A DNA stretch of 64,000 nucleotides from Marsupella aquatica (Eukaryota; Plantae; Marchantiophyta): positions 16,565,938 to 16,629,937 of the forward strand of contig OZ316897.1 in NCBI GenBank assembly GCA_973895155.1. The letters are read 5' to 3'. The translations under genes were made by a program, and so were the position numbers. The notes beneath the pieces are model-generated. The model ran no database searches, was not told the DNA's origin, and was given only the letters and a program-made list of their open reading frames with translations. Below, in pieces: positions 25,840 through 39,000 of the stretch (its first letter is position 1; the number at the start of each line of letters is the position of its first letter).

Positions 25840-26809
25840 TGTGGTGCGTCCCATGGCTCCCCAAACCCAAGAAACCCCCCTGCACAAGCCGATTCCCGCA
25901 GGTTTCATGCTTGACGAGGCTATTTCCACGGCTTTAGCGGCATGGGACGCTGCTAACTTCCTTCTACTACTACTATTAACATTTTACACACATATACTGG
26001 ACAGATCCTTTATCGGGTCATGAGATACGTAGTCGGCCTAATCTAGGCCTTCTCTTGTCTTTCCCTCCTGTTGGTTAGGTATATTTGGATTCCGCCGCCG
26101 GAATGATCCCCAATTGGCTTGGTTAAGCCGCTAAGACCTCTCTCAGCTCGACACATCCAACTCTCACTCCCTTGCTTACTTCCCTTCTTCTACTTGTTGA
26201 TGTGGGCACTCTTCACACAAGTTAATGCGACACACAAATAGCAAAATGACTCCTTCTGTGACACGGGTAACGTGTCACTTAACGGAACCCAGGTCGTAGA
26301 TTAGGCCTTATACGGGCATTAGGACCGTAGCCATAGCGTAGGATAGCACGTGTAGCCTTCTGTTGCCATTATGAATAGATTAGGAGTAGGTTAAAATGAC
26401 CGAATAATTACAAGTTCAGGAAGAGGATTATTACGCACAACCGAGGTACGGTGGCGGCAGCGGAGTAAAAATCAGTTAGAGGAATCACGTTTGGACCAAG
26501 GCACCGACTTCAGCTCGTTATCAATGACCAAACGGCCTGGCCTTCTCACGCTCGGGCTCATCCTGGCACCTCCATAAGAGAGGAGCCGATGGTGCTGCGG
26601 GCCATTTTCTCATGTCTACCTTTTTTTGAATTCACGGACGTTGCCACCCACTCGCCCTTCTGATCGAATCAAGTTGACCTTTACAAGGAGATTATCGAGG
26701 AAGAAGAGCGGAATGTAGCGAGATTTAGTCAGGACGAGCGAGGCCTCCACGAGAAAGAGGACCAGCCGGGTGGGAACGCAGACTCAACGAACCGGACTAC
26801 GAGGTTAGT

Positions 26810-27364
26810 ATGACCCTCACAGCCTTGGGATTTTGGACCTTGTTTGGCGAGGTAGGTGCTAAGTTCTCCGAGACTTACTGGTACTCTTGTCCCGAGAAAG
26901 CCGCTTACGAACGAAGATACGCGAAGCTGGTGACCAAGGTAGCACTGGTTAATTGCGAAAGGACAGCCATCACCAAGGATTCCAGCTACAACGAGCTACG
27001 AGACTACATCACCGAACTATATCTCAGCGAGGAAGGGCTTAGATCGGTAGCTGAGGCGATTCTTGAGGTCCCAACAAAGTTCTTTAAGCTGAAGGGCAGC
27101 CAGCGGCTTACTCAAGCGGAGTTCGACAAGATTCCAGGGTACCTAGACCAGCAGATCGCAGCCAAAAAGCACCAAGAAGACATCAGCAAACAACGGGAAG
27201 CGGCGCGTAATCTTACATTCCTCGGGGAAAGCTCCAACGCCTTCAACTGGGATATGGCTACCCCGATACCACCAGTGCCTCAGCCGATGACCACCGGCGT
27301 ACCGCCAAACCGGTCCCAAGTCCGTCCAGTAATCAACACAGAGTGTTCTTCGGGTTCCGAGTGA
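26810..27364 (+). CDS. Family B ORF1, unknown function (184 aa)
   Basis: ATG-initiated open frame; first ~62 aa almost identical in copy 2 (from 50660, minus strand). Confidence 0.6.
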   Translation: MTLTALGFWTLFGEVGAKFSETYWYSCPEKAAYERRYAKLVTKVALVNCERTAITKDSSYNELRDYITELYLSEEGLRSVAEAILEVPTKFFKLKGSQRLTQAEFDKIPGYLDQQIAAKKHQEDISKQREAARNLTFLGESSNAFNWDMATPIPPVPQPMTTGVPPNRSQVRPVINTECSSGSE

Positions 27365-27412
27365 GCTAGTTTGCAACTCAAACAGCGTCCTCGTAAGCGG
27401 CCAAGGACTACG

Positions 27413-29125
27413 ATGGCCCCCAAATCAACAACGCCGACCAACGTCGCGCCTGCACCTGCCCCGGTAAACCCCCCGACCAACCAGACCTGACGGCCCCCGG
27501 ATAACCTGAAGTCCAACTTATTACAGGTAATCCGCGTCCCCGAAGTAGTCTGGATCGCGATCAAGAAACTCGAACATGCGGACTATCTAAAGGAGCATCA
27601 GTTGAAGCAGTTCGCTCACTTGCTTTGGAGGCCGTGCGCCGTCGGGCCGAAGGAGATTTGTGAGTTCATCTCCAATTTTGACACGGACGCGTCGACCACC
27701 AAGGTTTCGGGGCAGGCCTTATCACTCACGGAGCATCGGTTAACGCAAATCTTCTGCCTACCAACCGGGCCAGTGCCAGTGGAAATCCAAATTTGGGATA
27801 AGGAGTATACGCCGCGGCACTTCAAACCCGAGGGTAAGACGGACAACGGATACAAGCAGGGGGCGTGCACCAACTTAACCTGTATGGAGCGGCTTAACTT
27901 CATACGGACTACCCTACACATGATTGAGCCACGATCCGAGATTTCCCTCTGCACGATCGTGCAGGTGGAACAGTACAAATGATGAAACTGGGCCCAATTC
28001 TTCTACCGAAGATTCTCGGGGGAGCTGAAGCGGGCTCAGGGTGGTATGGCTATTGCGGGGAAGACTTACTTGGGAAGTCATATCGCCATTATCCTCGCCT
28101 GGTACAAGGCACGGCGGGAGGCCAGAGGAAAGAATATGGCCACCTCAGCCCCGGATAATGTCACCCCCGCCCCGGAGGAGGCAACCCCGAGCACGCGGAC
28201 TACCGTCCCTCGGGAAAACCCCGAGCCGGAAGCCCCGACTAATACTCCGCCACCTCCTCCTGTGGAAATTCCGCCGCCCCCTTCCGTTGAGCCTCCACTA
28301 CCCGCAGTACAACCACCCCCAATCCCTCCACCACCTGAAGATATCTTCCCCTCCCCAGCGCTGACTACAGAGGAGATCGTTGCTCCACCCGAGGAGCCAC
28401 CGGTACCCGAGAGGATGGAGGACTACCAAGTAGCCCCGGGGACCATGGCCTACGACCTGGTCCAGAAGTTTAGCCAGACTATGTCTGGGGAGCTGGCAAC
28501 ATACATCGGACAACAAGTCTCAGCGTACTTTCAACCAGCCTTCTTCATGTTAGAGCACCAACCACGGATCGTAAGCCGCTTGGAAGAAGAACTCATGGCG
28601 AAGGGGAATGAGATCGGGCGCCTCCAGATGCTAGTAGAGCACCTCGAGGAGGAGGCAACAACCCGCCGCAAGGAGTTAGTCCGTACCATCGAACAGAGGG
28701 ACGGACTAACCCAGGAGTTAAGCGGAGCGCAGGCCAAACTCAAGAAGCTAGACGACACCGTGCTTCAATTACGCTCAGAATCTTCGGCTCGGGTTACCAG
28801 CCTGACCGACCTCAACAAACAATTCCTGCAGGCAGCACAGTAGGTGGCTAGTCTCTCCGCCGAACGAGATAAATTGCTAGCGCAGGACCAGATCCATCGC
28901 GACTCCATCGACCAGCTCAATCTGGAGGTAGCGCGGCTCCAGACCGAGGCCGATGAAGCTGCAAATGAGGCGGAGGAGGCGGTACGGGACAATAGGGCCT
29001 TGTAGGACCGCATTACCCTGCTCGTCCTCTAGCGGGGAAAACCTGGGCCCACCTCTGATCAAGGCGGCTCGAGGTCTCGTCCCGACAAGGGGACCAGCCC
29101 TGGTCCAACCACTGCACACACGTAA
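27413..29125 (+). pseudogene. Family B ORF2 (ancestral ~570 aa): PMD-like domain + Pro-rich linker + coiled coil
   Basis: One frame from ATG 27413 to TAA 29125, broken only by in-frame stops. Where copy 2 covers them they read CGG/CAG. Motif EICEFISNFD..STTKVSGQALSLTEHRLTQIFCLP; heptad-rich C-terminus. Confidence 0.75.
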
Positions 29126-31721
29126 GGGGTGGTTAGCGAAGGGTGGAAGCAGGCGCCGCGCGAGGCAGTTAAGTCAGCGACATCTTTTGGTTAGGCATAA
29201 CGACAGAATGACTGTCATTAGGCGCCGATTAGCGGCAGTAAGAAGAATTAGGGCCGGATCAGTTAGGATCAGCCAACGTAGAATGGAGTCCATCAACGGA
29301 CTAGAGTTTGTCAGTAGGCTTGGCCGCTGCCATCCCGGTCGGCACCTTGTTGTCGACGGTCAACCAGTCAGTGCGGCACGGCCAGTAGTCAGTAGGTAGT
29401 TAGTCAGTAGGTAGTATCCCGGAAGGCAGTATCCTCCGGCTCTCCTCCGCGATTGTAGTATTTAGGCTTCCCCTTCCGCTATGGAAGGGGGAGAAGGCTT
29501 AGTTATCTCAGCAGAAGAAAGGTGAGGCACGGGGAGTCCCGGCCTGAGCAGGGTCAGAGCGCACCAAGGAGTGAGAGCCAGAGTCGAGCTTGCTGGGCAA
29601 GTGCGAGGCAGGGCCTCGTAGAGACTGGGCATCGACTGCCGTTGGGCCTGCTGACCCCCTTTGAAGTTGAGTCAACCATGTAAACTGATGCTTCGCTGAG
29701 TAAATGTAATCTTTTCCCCCTAATGTTTCCGCAAGTAACTGGTGTTGTGTGTATGCTTTGTCTGGGTAAAGGCGCCATTTTAAGGGACGTACCGGGTGCG
29801 GACTAATGGTAGGGATTGCCACTCATTGTATGTCACAAGGTCCTGTCGTGTCGATGGCTTGAAAGGCCCCAAGCCGGGAGTTAGTCCGAGTCACTAACTG
29901 AGGGAATATTCCAGCGGTGGAAAACAAATATACCTATGACTAGTACGAATTACGCAGGTGTTATACCAGTAAGTATATCGACTTAGCCCGACTTAGGGCT
30001 AATAGAGGTCACTACACACCTCCTTGCCCGAACCCTCACCCTTACTGGTGGTCGAGGTCGCACCATGGCACTAAACTGGATTTAAGGCCCAGGTTAGCGG
30101 CGCGACACCTTCTGACTGAGTTATACCATGCACTTGCCATACAAACAGTACATCTCATACACAAGCTCTGCGAACTAAGCCGTGAGGCCAACTCTATTCA
30201 GTTCTTAGGCATGAGGAAACATGAATATACACAAGGGTCACTATATAACTAACCGAGAGCTTCTCTTACTACTTGATCCCAGCCCTGCTGGTGCAACTAA
30301 AAACTTGTTAAAGAAGAGGCCCTGAACTCCCTGCAGCCCAGGTACTTATCCTGGTTGTGGATCCGCCTGATTCCTTGCAGCGTAAGCCTAATCTACCTAT
30401 CTGTAATCTACCTAACTGTAATCTACCTATGTACAGCGAGGCAGGAGCACAAGTGTCGCCCTTACCCGTGGATCCGCAATCCCACTAATCTAAGTGTCAG
30501 GGCCGTCTCCTGGTCCTGATCCTAAGTCTAAACTTGGAGATCAGGGCCCGCCCTGCCCACTCACGCCTCCTACCTCCACGTCCGCCCTCCCTAAAAGGGA
30601 CGGTGCCCTTACACCCTTACGACACCGGTGGTTGGTCCTCAATGGACGCCCCCAACGCTTCCTCCGCAGCCACTGTCGTTGGTCCGTCCTCTGACAGATT
30701 ACCTGCCCTTGACCGAGTCAACTCTTCATCGGCCTGACTGGGTCCACCCTCGGCTTTGTCCTAAGCATTGGCCACGGCCTCCGATACGGCTACGGCCTCC
30801 CCGACATGTTCTAGTGAGGATCCGGTACCTCAGCTTTATTACTGGTTGTCCCGGCCTCGGCCTGGCCATCCCCACTTCCTAGGACTGGTGGATCCACCGC
30901 CGTCTCGATGCCGGAGGTTGGTGCCGGGTTTACCTTCTCGGTCACAACGGCTTGAGAAGCCGTATAACTCCCAGACCCAGAAGGTTTCCACTTCTTCTTC
31001 TTCCCTATTTTGACAGCCGGTTCCTTCCCCTTGCTACTTACCTCCGGCACCGGGGTGAGTGTCTCGGCTTGTCCTTCGACCAATACTACCTCTGGTAACT
31101 GGGTTGCCCCAATTGGAGTTGGACCTAATGAAGCCAAGCATTTAAATACTGCGACCTGTTTCTTCAGCCGCTCCGTTTGGTTGTCGGCCCGCCGCTGTAG
31201 GTTCTCCATCTTCCTCGTGATTTCCTCCAACTCCTCCTGGGTCTCATCCAGGTCCTTGCGTGCCTTCTCCAGCTCGTTTTTGGCTTCTTCCAATTCTTTC
31301 TGGGCTTCCTCCAATTCTTTCTTTAAGGTAGCCCTGTCCTCCTGGGTTGCTCTTAGCTCCCTATCGAGCTCCGTTACGACCTCAGACTCCATCTTATTCA
31401 TCTTGGCATAAGTCTGGTCGAGCTGGTCATCTTTCTTACGGAGGTCGGCCTTGAAGCTGGCCGTCAGGGACGTAAGCTCCTGCTGCAGCGCAATAATCCC
31501 TTGATAGGATTTCCCTAACTCGGCCTCCTTCTGTCCTAGGGCTCCGCGGATATCCTTGAGTTCGCCCTTCAACGCCCTCTCCCTTCTCTGAGTCTCCGCC
31601 ATGGCCCGGTTGTTGGATGCTATGTGGGCCTCCTCTGCGTCTCTCAGCTCTCATTTCCACTTCTCCCTCTCTTTGACCGCCTCGGCCAACTTTCCTTGGG
31701 TCTGAGTCAATTTATCCTTGA

Positions 31722-33325
31722 TGTTGTATGCTAACAAAAGCAAATATCATCGAATATATGCTAAAAACTCGGTGTTCGTTCCCGTGGAAGAACAAGAATG
31801 GGATGAAAAGATGTTTTAAAGTGTTTTGAGTGGTTTAGAGATGGTACTCAACATCTATAAGAAAAATAGAATCTTAAACAAAATACAAGGAATTAATAAA
31901 ATAAGAACAAAGTGACATTTGCTGTATAACAGAATCTTAGAGCTTTTAGAGGTATAGTTTAGCAATATTTAACTCCGTCACCATGTCTTAAGAAAGAGCT
32001 ATGGCATTATTTGAGACGTTGATAAGTCAAACATAACCTTGCTATAAATGCTCTCTAGGTTTTTATCATAAATCTATGTTTAAGAAGTGTCTATGCTCAC
32101 AAAACCCAAGATAAGTTTTGGATTGTGTATATAGTAGTGTGTCATTAAAATGCCGGCAACATGTTTCCTTCTTCAGCGATGCGCAATTCCAAAGAAAAAC
32201 TAATGCACATCCAGTATACCACAATGGTACTTCAAATCCGTGAATTAAGAATGTCGCTCCTTCTTAATATATAGATTTCTATTTCTTGATTTCATGCAAT
32301 ACTTATCTTCCAAAGATAAGTCCTTCATGTAAATACAGAAATGGACAACAAATGTTGTAGTTTGGATTAGGCACCGACCAACGGATCTTCTAATACATTC
32401 CACAAACTGTATTTTTATGGGTTTTACTTCTTACGGTAATTGCAACATGCATTACCATACGAAGGAGGGGTAGACTCCTAGCACAAGTAATCAAATTCCA
32501 AGGTATGCAAATCTTCCTTGCAAAATTGTATTACACGTACAAGGGACAAAACTCCAAGATGAGAAGATGCAAATAACTATCCACACTGTCTCAAAATGAG
32601 ACTGGTATCACAATAAGTACATGAGATCGCCCACGGGCTAAGGAGAATGAAGAGACATGCCTCTTCATTTCCTAAGTCTAAACTAAGTAAAGTAAAAGTC
32701 AACTTTGACTAAGGGATAGTCAAATGGTCAAAGCTAAGTAAAAGTCTACAAAATAAAATACTAATCTCATACTGTAATAGGAGGGTCAAAGCTCGCGCCC
32801 TGCTGCTGGCTGCCATGGATGTCCCTAGAAGAAAAGTAGAGAAGTGTGATCAGGCCGGCGCGGACGTCAAGTTAGGTCGTGGCGGGGTGGACGTCCCGGA
32901 CGTCTCTACGTGGAGGCTGTCCAAGATGTCCTCGAGCTTTTCATGCAGGCCGGCGCGGAAGGAGTCGGCCGTCCTTGCGAAAAATGGGTGCCGTCCCGGC
33001 CGTCCCTGTGTAGAAGCCGTCCAAGCCGGCGCCATCTTTGCCGTCTTTCGTGAGGAGGCCGTCCAGGACGGCGCCATCTTGGCCGTCCCTGCGAGGAGGC
33101 CGTCCAGGCCGTCACCTCATTTTTGAAGCTCCTTTCAACTTCTTGCCGTCTTGACGTCTAATATGTGAAAACCAGAGTAGCCTTGACGTCTTCCAATGGT
33201 ATCCTTACCCATTTGAGCTTATACTAACTTAATTTTGCTTAAAGGGCCTTATAAAAACTTAACAATTTTAAAAATTTATGGTTTTGATACTTTAACTCTC
33301 TTTTTGGAATAATCACCTAATTACA
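31722..33325. mobile_element. Solo LTR, family C (1604 bp, apparently non-coding)
   Basis: TGTTG...TTACA termini; TSD CTTGA (31717-31721 / 33326-33330). AT-rich, with a GC-rich CCGTCC/GGACG cluster at ~32850-33160. Confidence 0.85.
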
Positions 33326-34472
33326 CTTGATAATCTGATTATTAGATTGCACGGTATCCAACTGCCCCTGCATGATGTTTAGCTCATGCCGCTTAATTCA
33401 CAGTTCATCTTGGGCTTCCTTGGCCGCCTTCAGGTCTTCCACCTCGGCTTCCTTTTCCCTAAGCTGCCGGATGACCTCGTCCTTCTTGCTTCTCTCCAAA
33501 GCCACCGCTTCTTCTAATCGGTGCTTCTCCAACATCTCCCTCTGGAAAAAGGGTCCCTGCTCCAACTCCTCCCCAAAGATGTTGAGCGCCAGGTCCCCAC
33601 ACATCTCTCCGTACTCCATGGCTCTATCCTTAGCATAGGTGGAGTAACTAGAAGTCATCGGCATCAACCACCTCGGCCTCTGCTCCCAAGCCGCCTTGAG
33701 GATTTCTTCTATGGTGGCAAGAGGGTTGCTTCTTTTTTCGGCAAGCCGCCTGATGTCCTCCGGCCAATCTCCTCCTGGTAAATCTTTCTCCCTAGCCAGG
33801 GCTGCCCTCTCTTCCTCCCTGAGTCGCTGCTGAAATTCTTGTGCCATCTGCTTTATGCCGTCAAAGCTCGGGGGAGCAACCTCTGGTGGGAGAGACTCGG
33901 GGCTACTCTGCTAGGTGGGGTCCCCTCGAACTACTCTTGGAAGCGTGGGGATAAATTGTCCACTCGTCCTTACTCCTGGAACATGATGATCTGACCCATA
34001 GCCGGAGTTATCATTGCTGTAGTCCTCCACCGCCTCCTCCATTGCTTGGACTCCCTGCTTCCCCCTCTGTTCCCCTAGTCCTGCCGTGAAAACGGCCTCA
34101 CAGACCATGGGCTCTTGTTCCTCCTTTGGGTTCTAGGCTTTCCTCTCCCTCTGCTCTTCGCGGGAAGGAGCCTTTGGCTGCTCTGCCTCTGATTCGGGGC
34201 TTGAGGCTCCCACGTACATTCGCACTCCCGGCTTGTGTTCCGGCCTCCTTCTCTCCTTGGCTCCAGTAAAGGGGTTTTCCCTCCTGAGTCGGCTTAGGCC
34301 GGCCTCTGGGGCAGTGTCTTGTACCGGTGCCGTTGCCGTTGCTGGTGCCGTTCTCTCCTTCTCCAGCATTTTCAGCAGATTTTGCATGCCTAATTGCTGC
34401 ATCGGCAAGTCTTCTTTCCTTGGCCAAAACACCTGCTCGATCGTAGGACTGGTAGGCTGGTTGGGCTCTTCT

Positions 34473-35110
34473 GGCCTCATTCACAATTGGGTGTACCTCG
34501 CAGGAACCACTTTCAGGACTCAAAAACATGCTTTTTTAGTGAAAAATAACTTTCGTAACATGGAAAAAGGTTCATCATGATTTTATCTCACAACATTTAA
34601 GTCTAATTTTTTCACAAGACTATTTTTTATGGTGTAACCTACCTCACCATGTAGATACATCAAGTTTTCAACTGTTTTAAGGGATCCTTTAATTGATGGC
34701 CCTAAATAAGGGAAAATTACTGATTATTTTTGTCCTGTACATAAAGGTTTAGTGTGTGTCACTATTTAAGTTTTGAAATATAAGATTATGCTATTAGTAT
34801 GCATGCTTTGGTAAAATTTTATTGTCTAAAATGCATTTTTTAGAGTCCTTTTGAGTCCTGAAATGATGTGACCCGTTGCGTGACAAGTCCTTTTATCAAT
34901 CTTTGAAGGACATATAAGGAAAGCTTCAAAGTCTCAAATGCTAGATAGTTTAATGAATGTTACGAACCTATAGGATGTTTATTAAGTATAGTACATCAAA
35001 TTTTCTATATCATCTCATTACACCCTAAAAATGATATCCTAAAGCATAATAAACTATGGTCACTTTTGAGTGTGACGTTCCTTTTGGGTCCTCCAATTGT
35101 GAATGAGGCC
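34473..35110. mobile_element. MITE (638 bp) with 18-bp perfect TIR
   Basis: GGCCTCATTCACAATTGG ... CCAATTGTGAATGAGGCC; flanking duplication TTCT (34469-34472 / 35111-35114); AT-rich non-coding interior. Confidence 0.92.
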
Positions 35111-36023
35111 TTCTGTTGCCGGCCTCTGCTCCGGAACCTCCTCTGGTGCCCTCACCTGCAGGGGAAGCATTGGGGCAAAGATCTGACCTCTGGCATACCA
35201 GCACAACAGCGGCATGTGATAGCCAAGCTGGGATACGCTTCCCATGCCGATCACCTGTTGTTCCTCCTTCAAGATCTTCTTCAGTTGGTTGAGGAGGTAC
35301 CCGTTGTAGTCCCGGCTTGGGTCTGGCCTCTCTGCCAGGTAGACCTGTGCCTTACCGATCTCTGGCCTCGGCAAGTTGCAATGCATGGTCACCCACAAGA
35401 AGTCGATCATCTCTCCGATGTGCGGGTTGGTGCAGGTGTTTCGGAAGAAGCCATTCTTTGTTTATGGCCCTGGGAATGACCGGAACTCCTTGTCTGGCAA
35501 GGTTTTCCTGGTATCAACTTTGGTCTTATTGCCCATCGGCAAGCCAAATGCTTCGGCGATCACCCGGGGGGTGAGATAGAAATCCTTCCCATACACCCTC
35601 GTGGAATTGGTCTCGGGTTCCCATGATCCCACGAATTCTGATAAGTCTGAGTCCGGCATCTCCGGCTTCAGCCATGGTAATTTTACAAAGGCTTCCAAGC
35701 CGGATCCGGCCATGAAGCCTTGGTACTTCTTGGTCTGCATGGCCGTAAAGCATGCATCCTCCTCCCGTGCAAAATGTAATTGCACTTCCTCTAATAGGGT
35801 TGCCGCCCAGCCTTTCCAGGTGTCATGCTTTGTTGGAATGGCATTGATGGGATCAACCTCCTCCTCTTCGGCTTCTTCCTGCCTCCTGCTCGGCTGCTTT
35901 GCTGGCTTCCTTGGTGCCGCCAACCTCGTTCTTTTTGTCGGGGTGGCCTCTTCGTTGTTGTTTCCTTTCCTCTTCATCTTGGCTGCCATGGATGTTTCTC
36001 CTAGCAAGGTTGCCTTTGTCCAC

Positions 36024-39000
36024 TGTGATGCCTAGACAGGAATCACTCAGCCGGTTAAGTGGGTAAAGCAGGAAGGCACCCTAGGAACACCTTAGTATAG
36101 GGACAAAACAAGGAAAATATAAACAATTAGGGGCAACCATGGAACCCGGGCAGAGGCCGGAGGTAAGGCTGAGGGTGAAAACCAGATTAGGGTTAGGGCG
36201 CGTAAAGCGTCGGTGGCTAGGAAGGATCAACGGGAAGAAGGACCGGCAGAGGAGAGGGGTAAGGAGCGCTTGCAGGAGATGGTGGCTCATTTGCGAGCAC
36301 GAACTAGGCAGACGACTATGGGAGGCCAACTACTGTCAACTACTTAGGCAAGCACTCGGGGAGAGAGTAGATACCGACGATCGACCTAAGGAGGGTATGA
36401 GCAACGTCAATCAAGCGGCACATTTCTGGGGATGCCTGTTCGAACGGGCAACTGAGTACATCAAGACTTACGAGGACGAGGAGTCAGAAAGGGCAGCTCG
36501 AGAACGGCAGGAGCTCGCTCGATTGTGGGAGCTGCAGAAGACGGCTTTCTTAGGAGGCGAACTCATCAAGGACGAGTTCCTGTGGACGCCTACTTCCAAT
36601 CAACTCGACGATCTTCTGTTTTGCAAAGATAGCGTCGTCGGCATCCGAGAGGCCATCAAGAACTGCAACGACATACACTGGGAATTAAAGGGTAGCACGG
36701 AAAGGTGGACCCAGGCAACGGTGCTAGGAGAATCCTCCACGGCAGCAGAGATGAAGAGGAAGGGGGCCGTCAACGATGAAGCCACCCCGGCAAAAAGAAC
36801 GAGGTCGGCGGCACCAAAGAGGCCAGCCGAGCAGCAGAGCAGGAGGCAGGGAGAAGCCGAAGAGGAGGAGGTCGATCCCATCAAGGCCATTCCAACCAGG
36901 GATGACACCTGGAAGGGCTGGGCGGCAACCCTACCGATGGAGGTGCAACTACATTTTGCACGGGAGGAGGATGCATGCTTTACGGCCATGCAGACCAAGA
37001 AGTACCAAGGCTTCATGGCCGGATCCGGCTTGGAGGCCTTTGTAAGATTACCATGGCTGAAGCCGGAGGTACCGGAGTCAGACCTATTAGAATTCGTGGG
37101 GTCATGGGAACCCGAGACCAATTGCACGAGGATATATGGGAAGGATTTCTATCTTACTCCCAAGGTAATTGCCGAAGTGTTTGGCTTGCCGATAGGCAAT
37201 AAGACCAAAGTTGATACCAGGAAGACCCTGCCTGACAAGGAGTTCCGGTCGTTCCCCGGGCCATCAACGAAGAATGGCTTCTTCCGGAACACCTGCACCA
37301 ACCCGCACATAGGAGAGATGATCGACTTCTTGCGGGTGACCATGCATTGTAACTTGCCGAGGGCAGAGATCGGCAAGGCACAGGTCTATCTGGCAGAAAG
37401 GCCAGACCCAAGCCGGGACTACAACGGGTACCTCCTCAACCAATTGAAGAAGATCTTAAAGGAGGAGCAGCAGGTAATCGGCATGGGGAGCGTGTCGCGG
37501 CTTGGCTATCACATGCCGCTGTTGTGCCGGTATGCCAGAGGTCAGACTTTTGCCCCGGTACTTCCCCTGCAGGTAAGGGCACCCGAGGAAGCTCCAACGC
37601 CGAGGCCGTTGGCTGAGAAGCCTCAACCACCTGTTAGTCCTACGATCGAGCAGGTGTTTAGGCCCAGGAAGGAAGACTTGCCGATGCAGCAACCAGGCAT
37701 GCAGAGTCTGCTGAAACTACTAGAGAAAGAAAAGAAATCGGCATCGGCAACAACAACGGCAACGGCAACAATGCAGGACACTACTACAGAGGTAGGCCTA
37801 CACCGGCTCACAAGAGAAAACCCCTTTGCTGGAGACAAGGAGAGAATCAGGCCGGAATCCAAGCCAGGTGTTCGAATGTACGTGGGAACCTCAAGCTCCG
37901 AATCTGAGGCAGAATTGCCCGAAGCTCCTACCGACGAAGAGGAGAGGGAGAAGCCGGACGTCCAAGAGGTAGAGGAGGCAGTGGAGGACTGCAGCCATGA
38001 TAATTCCGGCTATGGGTCGGACCATCACGTTCCAGGAGTAAGGACCTGTGGCCGGTTTGTCCCCACACTTCCAAGGGTAGTGCGAGGGGACCCCAATCAG
38101 CAGAGTAGCCCTGAGTCTCCCCCACCAGATGTTGCTCCCCCGAGCTTCGACGGCATAAAACAGACGGTGCAGGAATTTCAGGAGCGAATCAAGCAGGAGG
38201 AAGAGGCCGCCCTGGCTAAGGAAAAGGATTTACCAGGAGGAGATTGGCCGGAGGACATCAGGCGGCTAGCCGAAAAAGGAAGCAAACCTCTAGCCACGAT
38301 TGAAGAGATCCGCAGGACGGCTTGGGAGCAGAGGCCACGATGGGCGATGCCGATCACTTCTACTTACTCCACCTACGCTAAGAATAGAGCCATGGAGTAT
38401 GGTGAGATGTGTGGGGAACTTGCGCTCGGCATCTTTGGAGAGGAGTTGGAGGTAGGACCCTTTTTCCATAGGGAGCAGTTGGAGAAGCACCAATTAGAAG
38501 AAGCGGTGGCTTTAGAGAGAAGCAAGAAGGACGAGGTCATTCGGCGGCTTAGGAGGATGGAAGCCGAGATTGAAGATCTAAGGGCGGCCAAGAAAGCCCA
38601 AGATGAACTACGGATTAAATGACATGAGCTGAACATCATGCAGGGGCAGTTGGACATCGCGCAGGCTGATAATCAGAATATCAAGGATAAACTAACTCAG
38701 ACGCAGGGAGAGTTGGCCGACACGATCAAAGAGAGGGAGAAGTGGAAGCAAGAGCTGAAGAATACAGAGGAGGCCCACATAACAGCCAACAGCCGGGCCA
38801 TGGCGGAGACCCAAAGAAAGGAATGGGCGTTGAAAGGGGAGCTCGAGAAAATCCGCGGAGCCCTTGAGCAGAAGGAGGTCGAGTTAGGGAAATCCTATCA
38901 AGGGATTATGGCGCTGCAGCAGGAGCTTGCGTCCCTGACGGCCAGCTTCAAGGCCGACCTAAGGGAGAAGGACGAGATGCTCGAACAGACTTACGCCAAG

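Larger units (their letters stand above)
26257..30107 (+). mobile_element. Family B solo-LTR-like coding element, copy 1 (3851 bp)
   Basis: TGTGACAC...GCGCGACA termini; TSD CCTTC (26252-26256 / 30108-30112). The empty site is reconstructable from the family A inner copy (~40255-40275). Confidence 0.92.
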
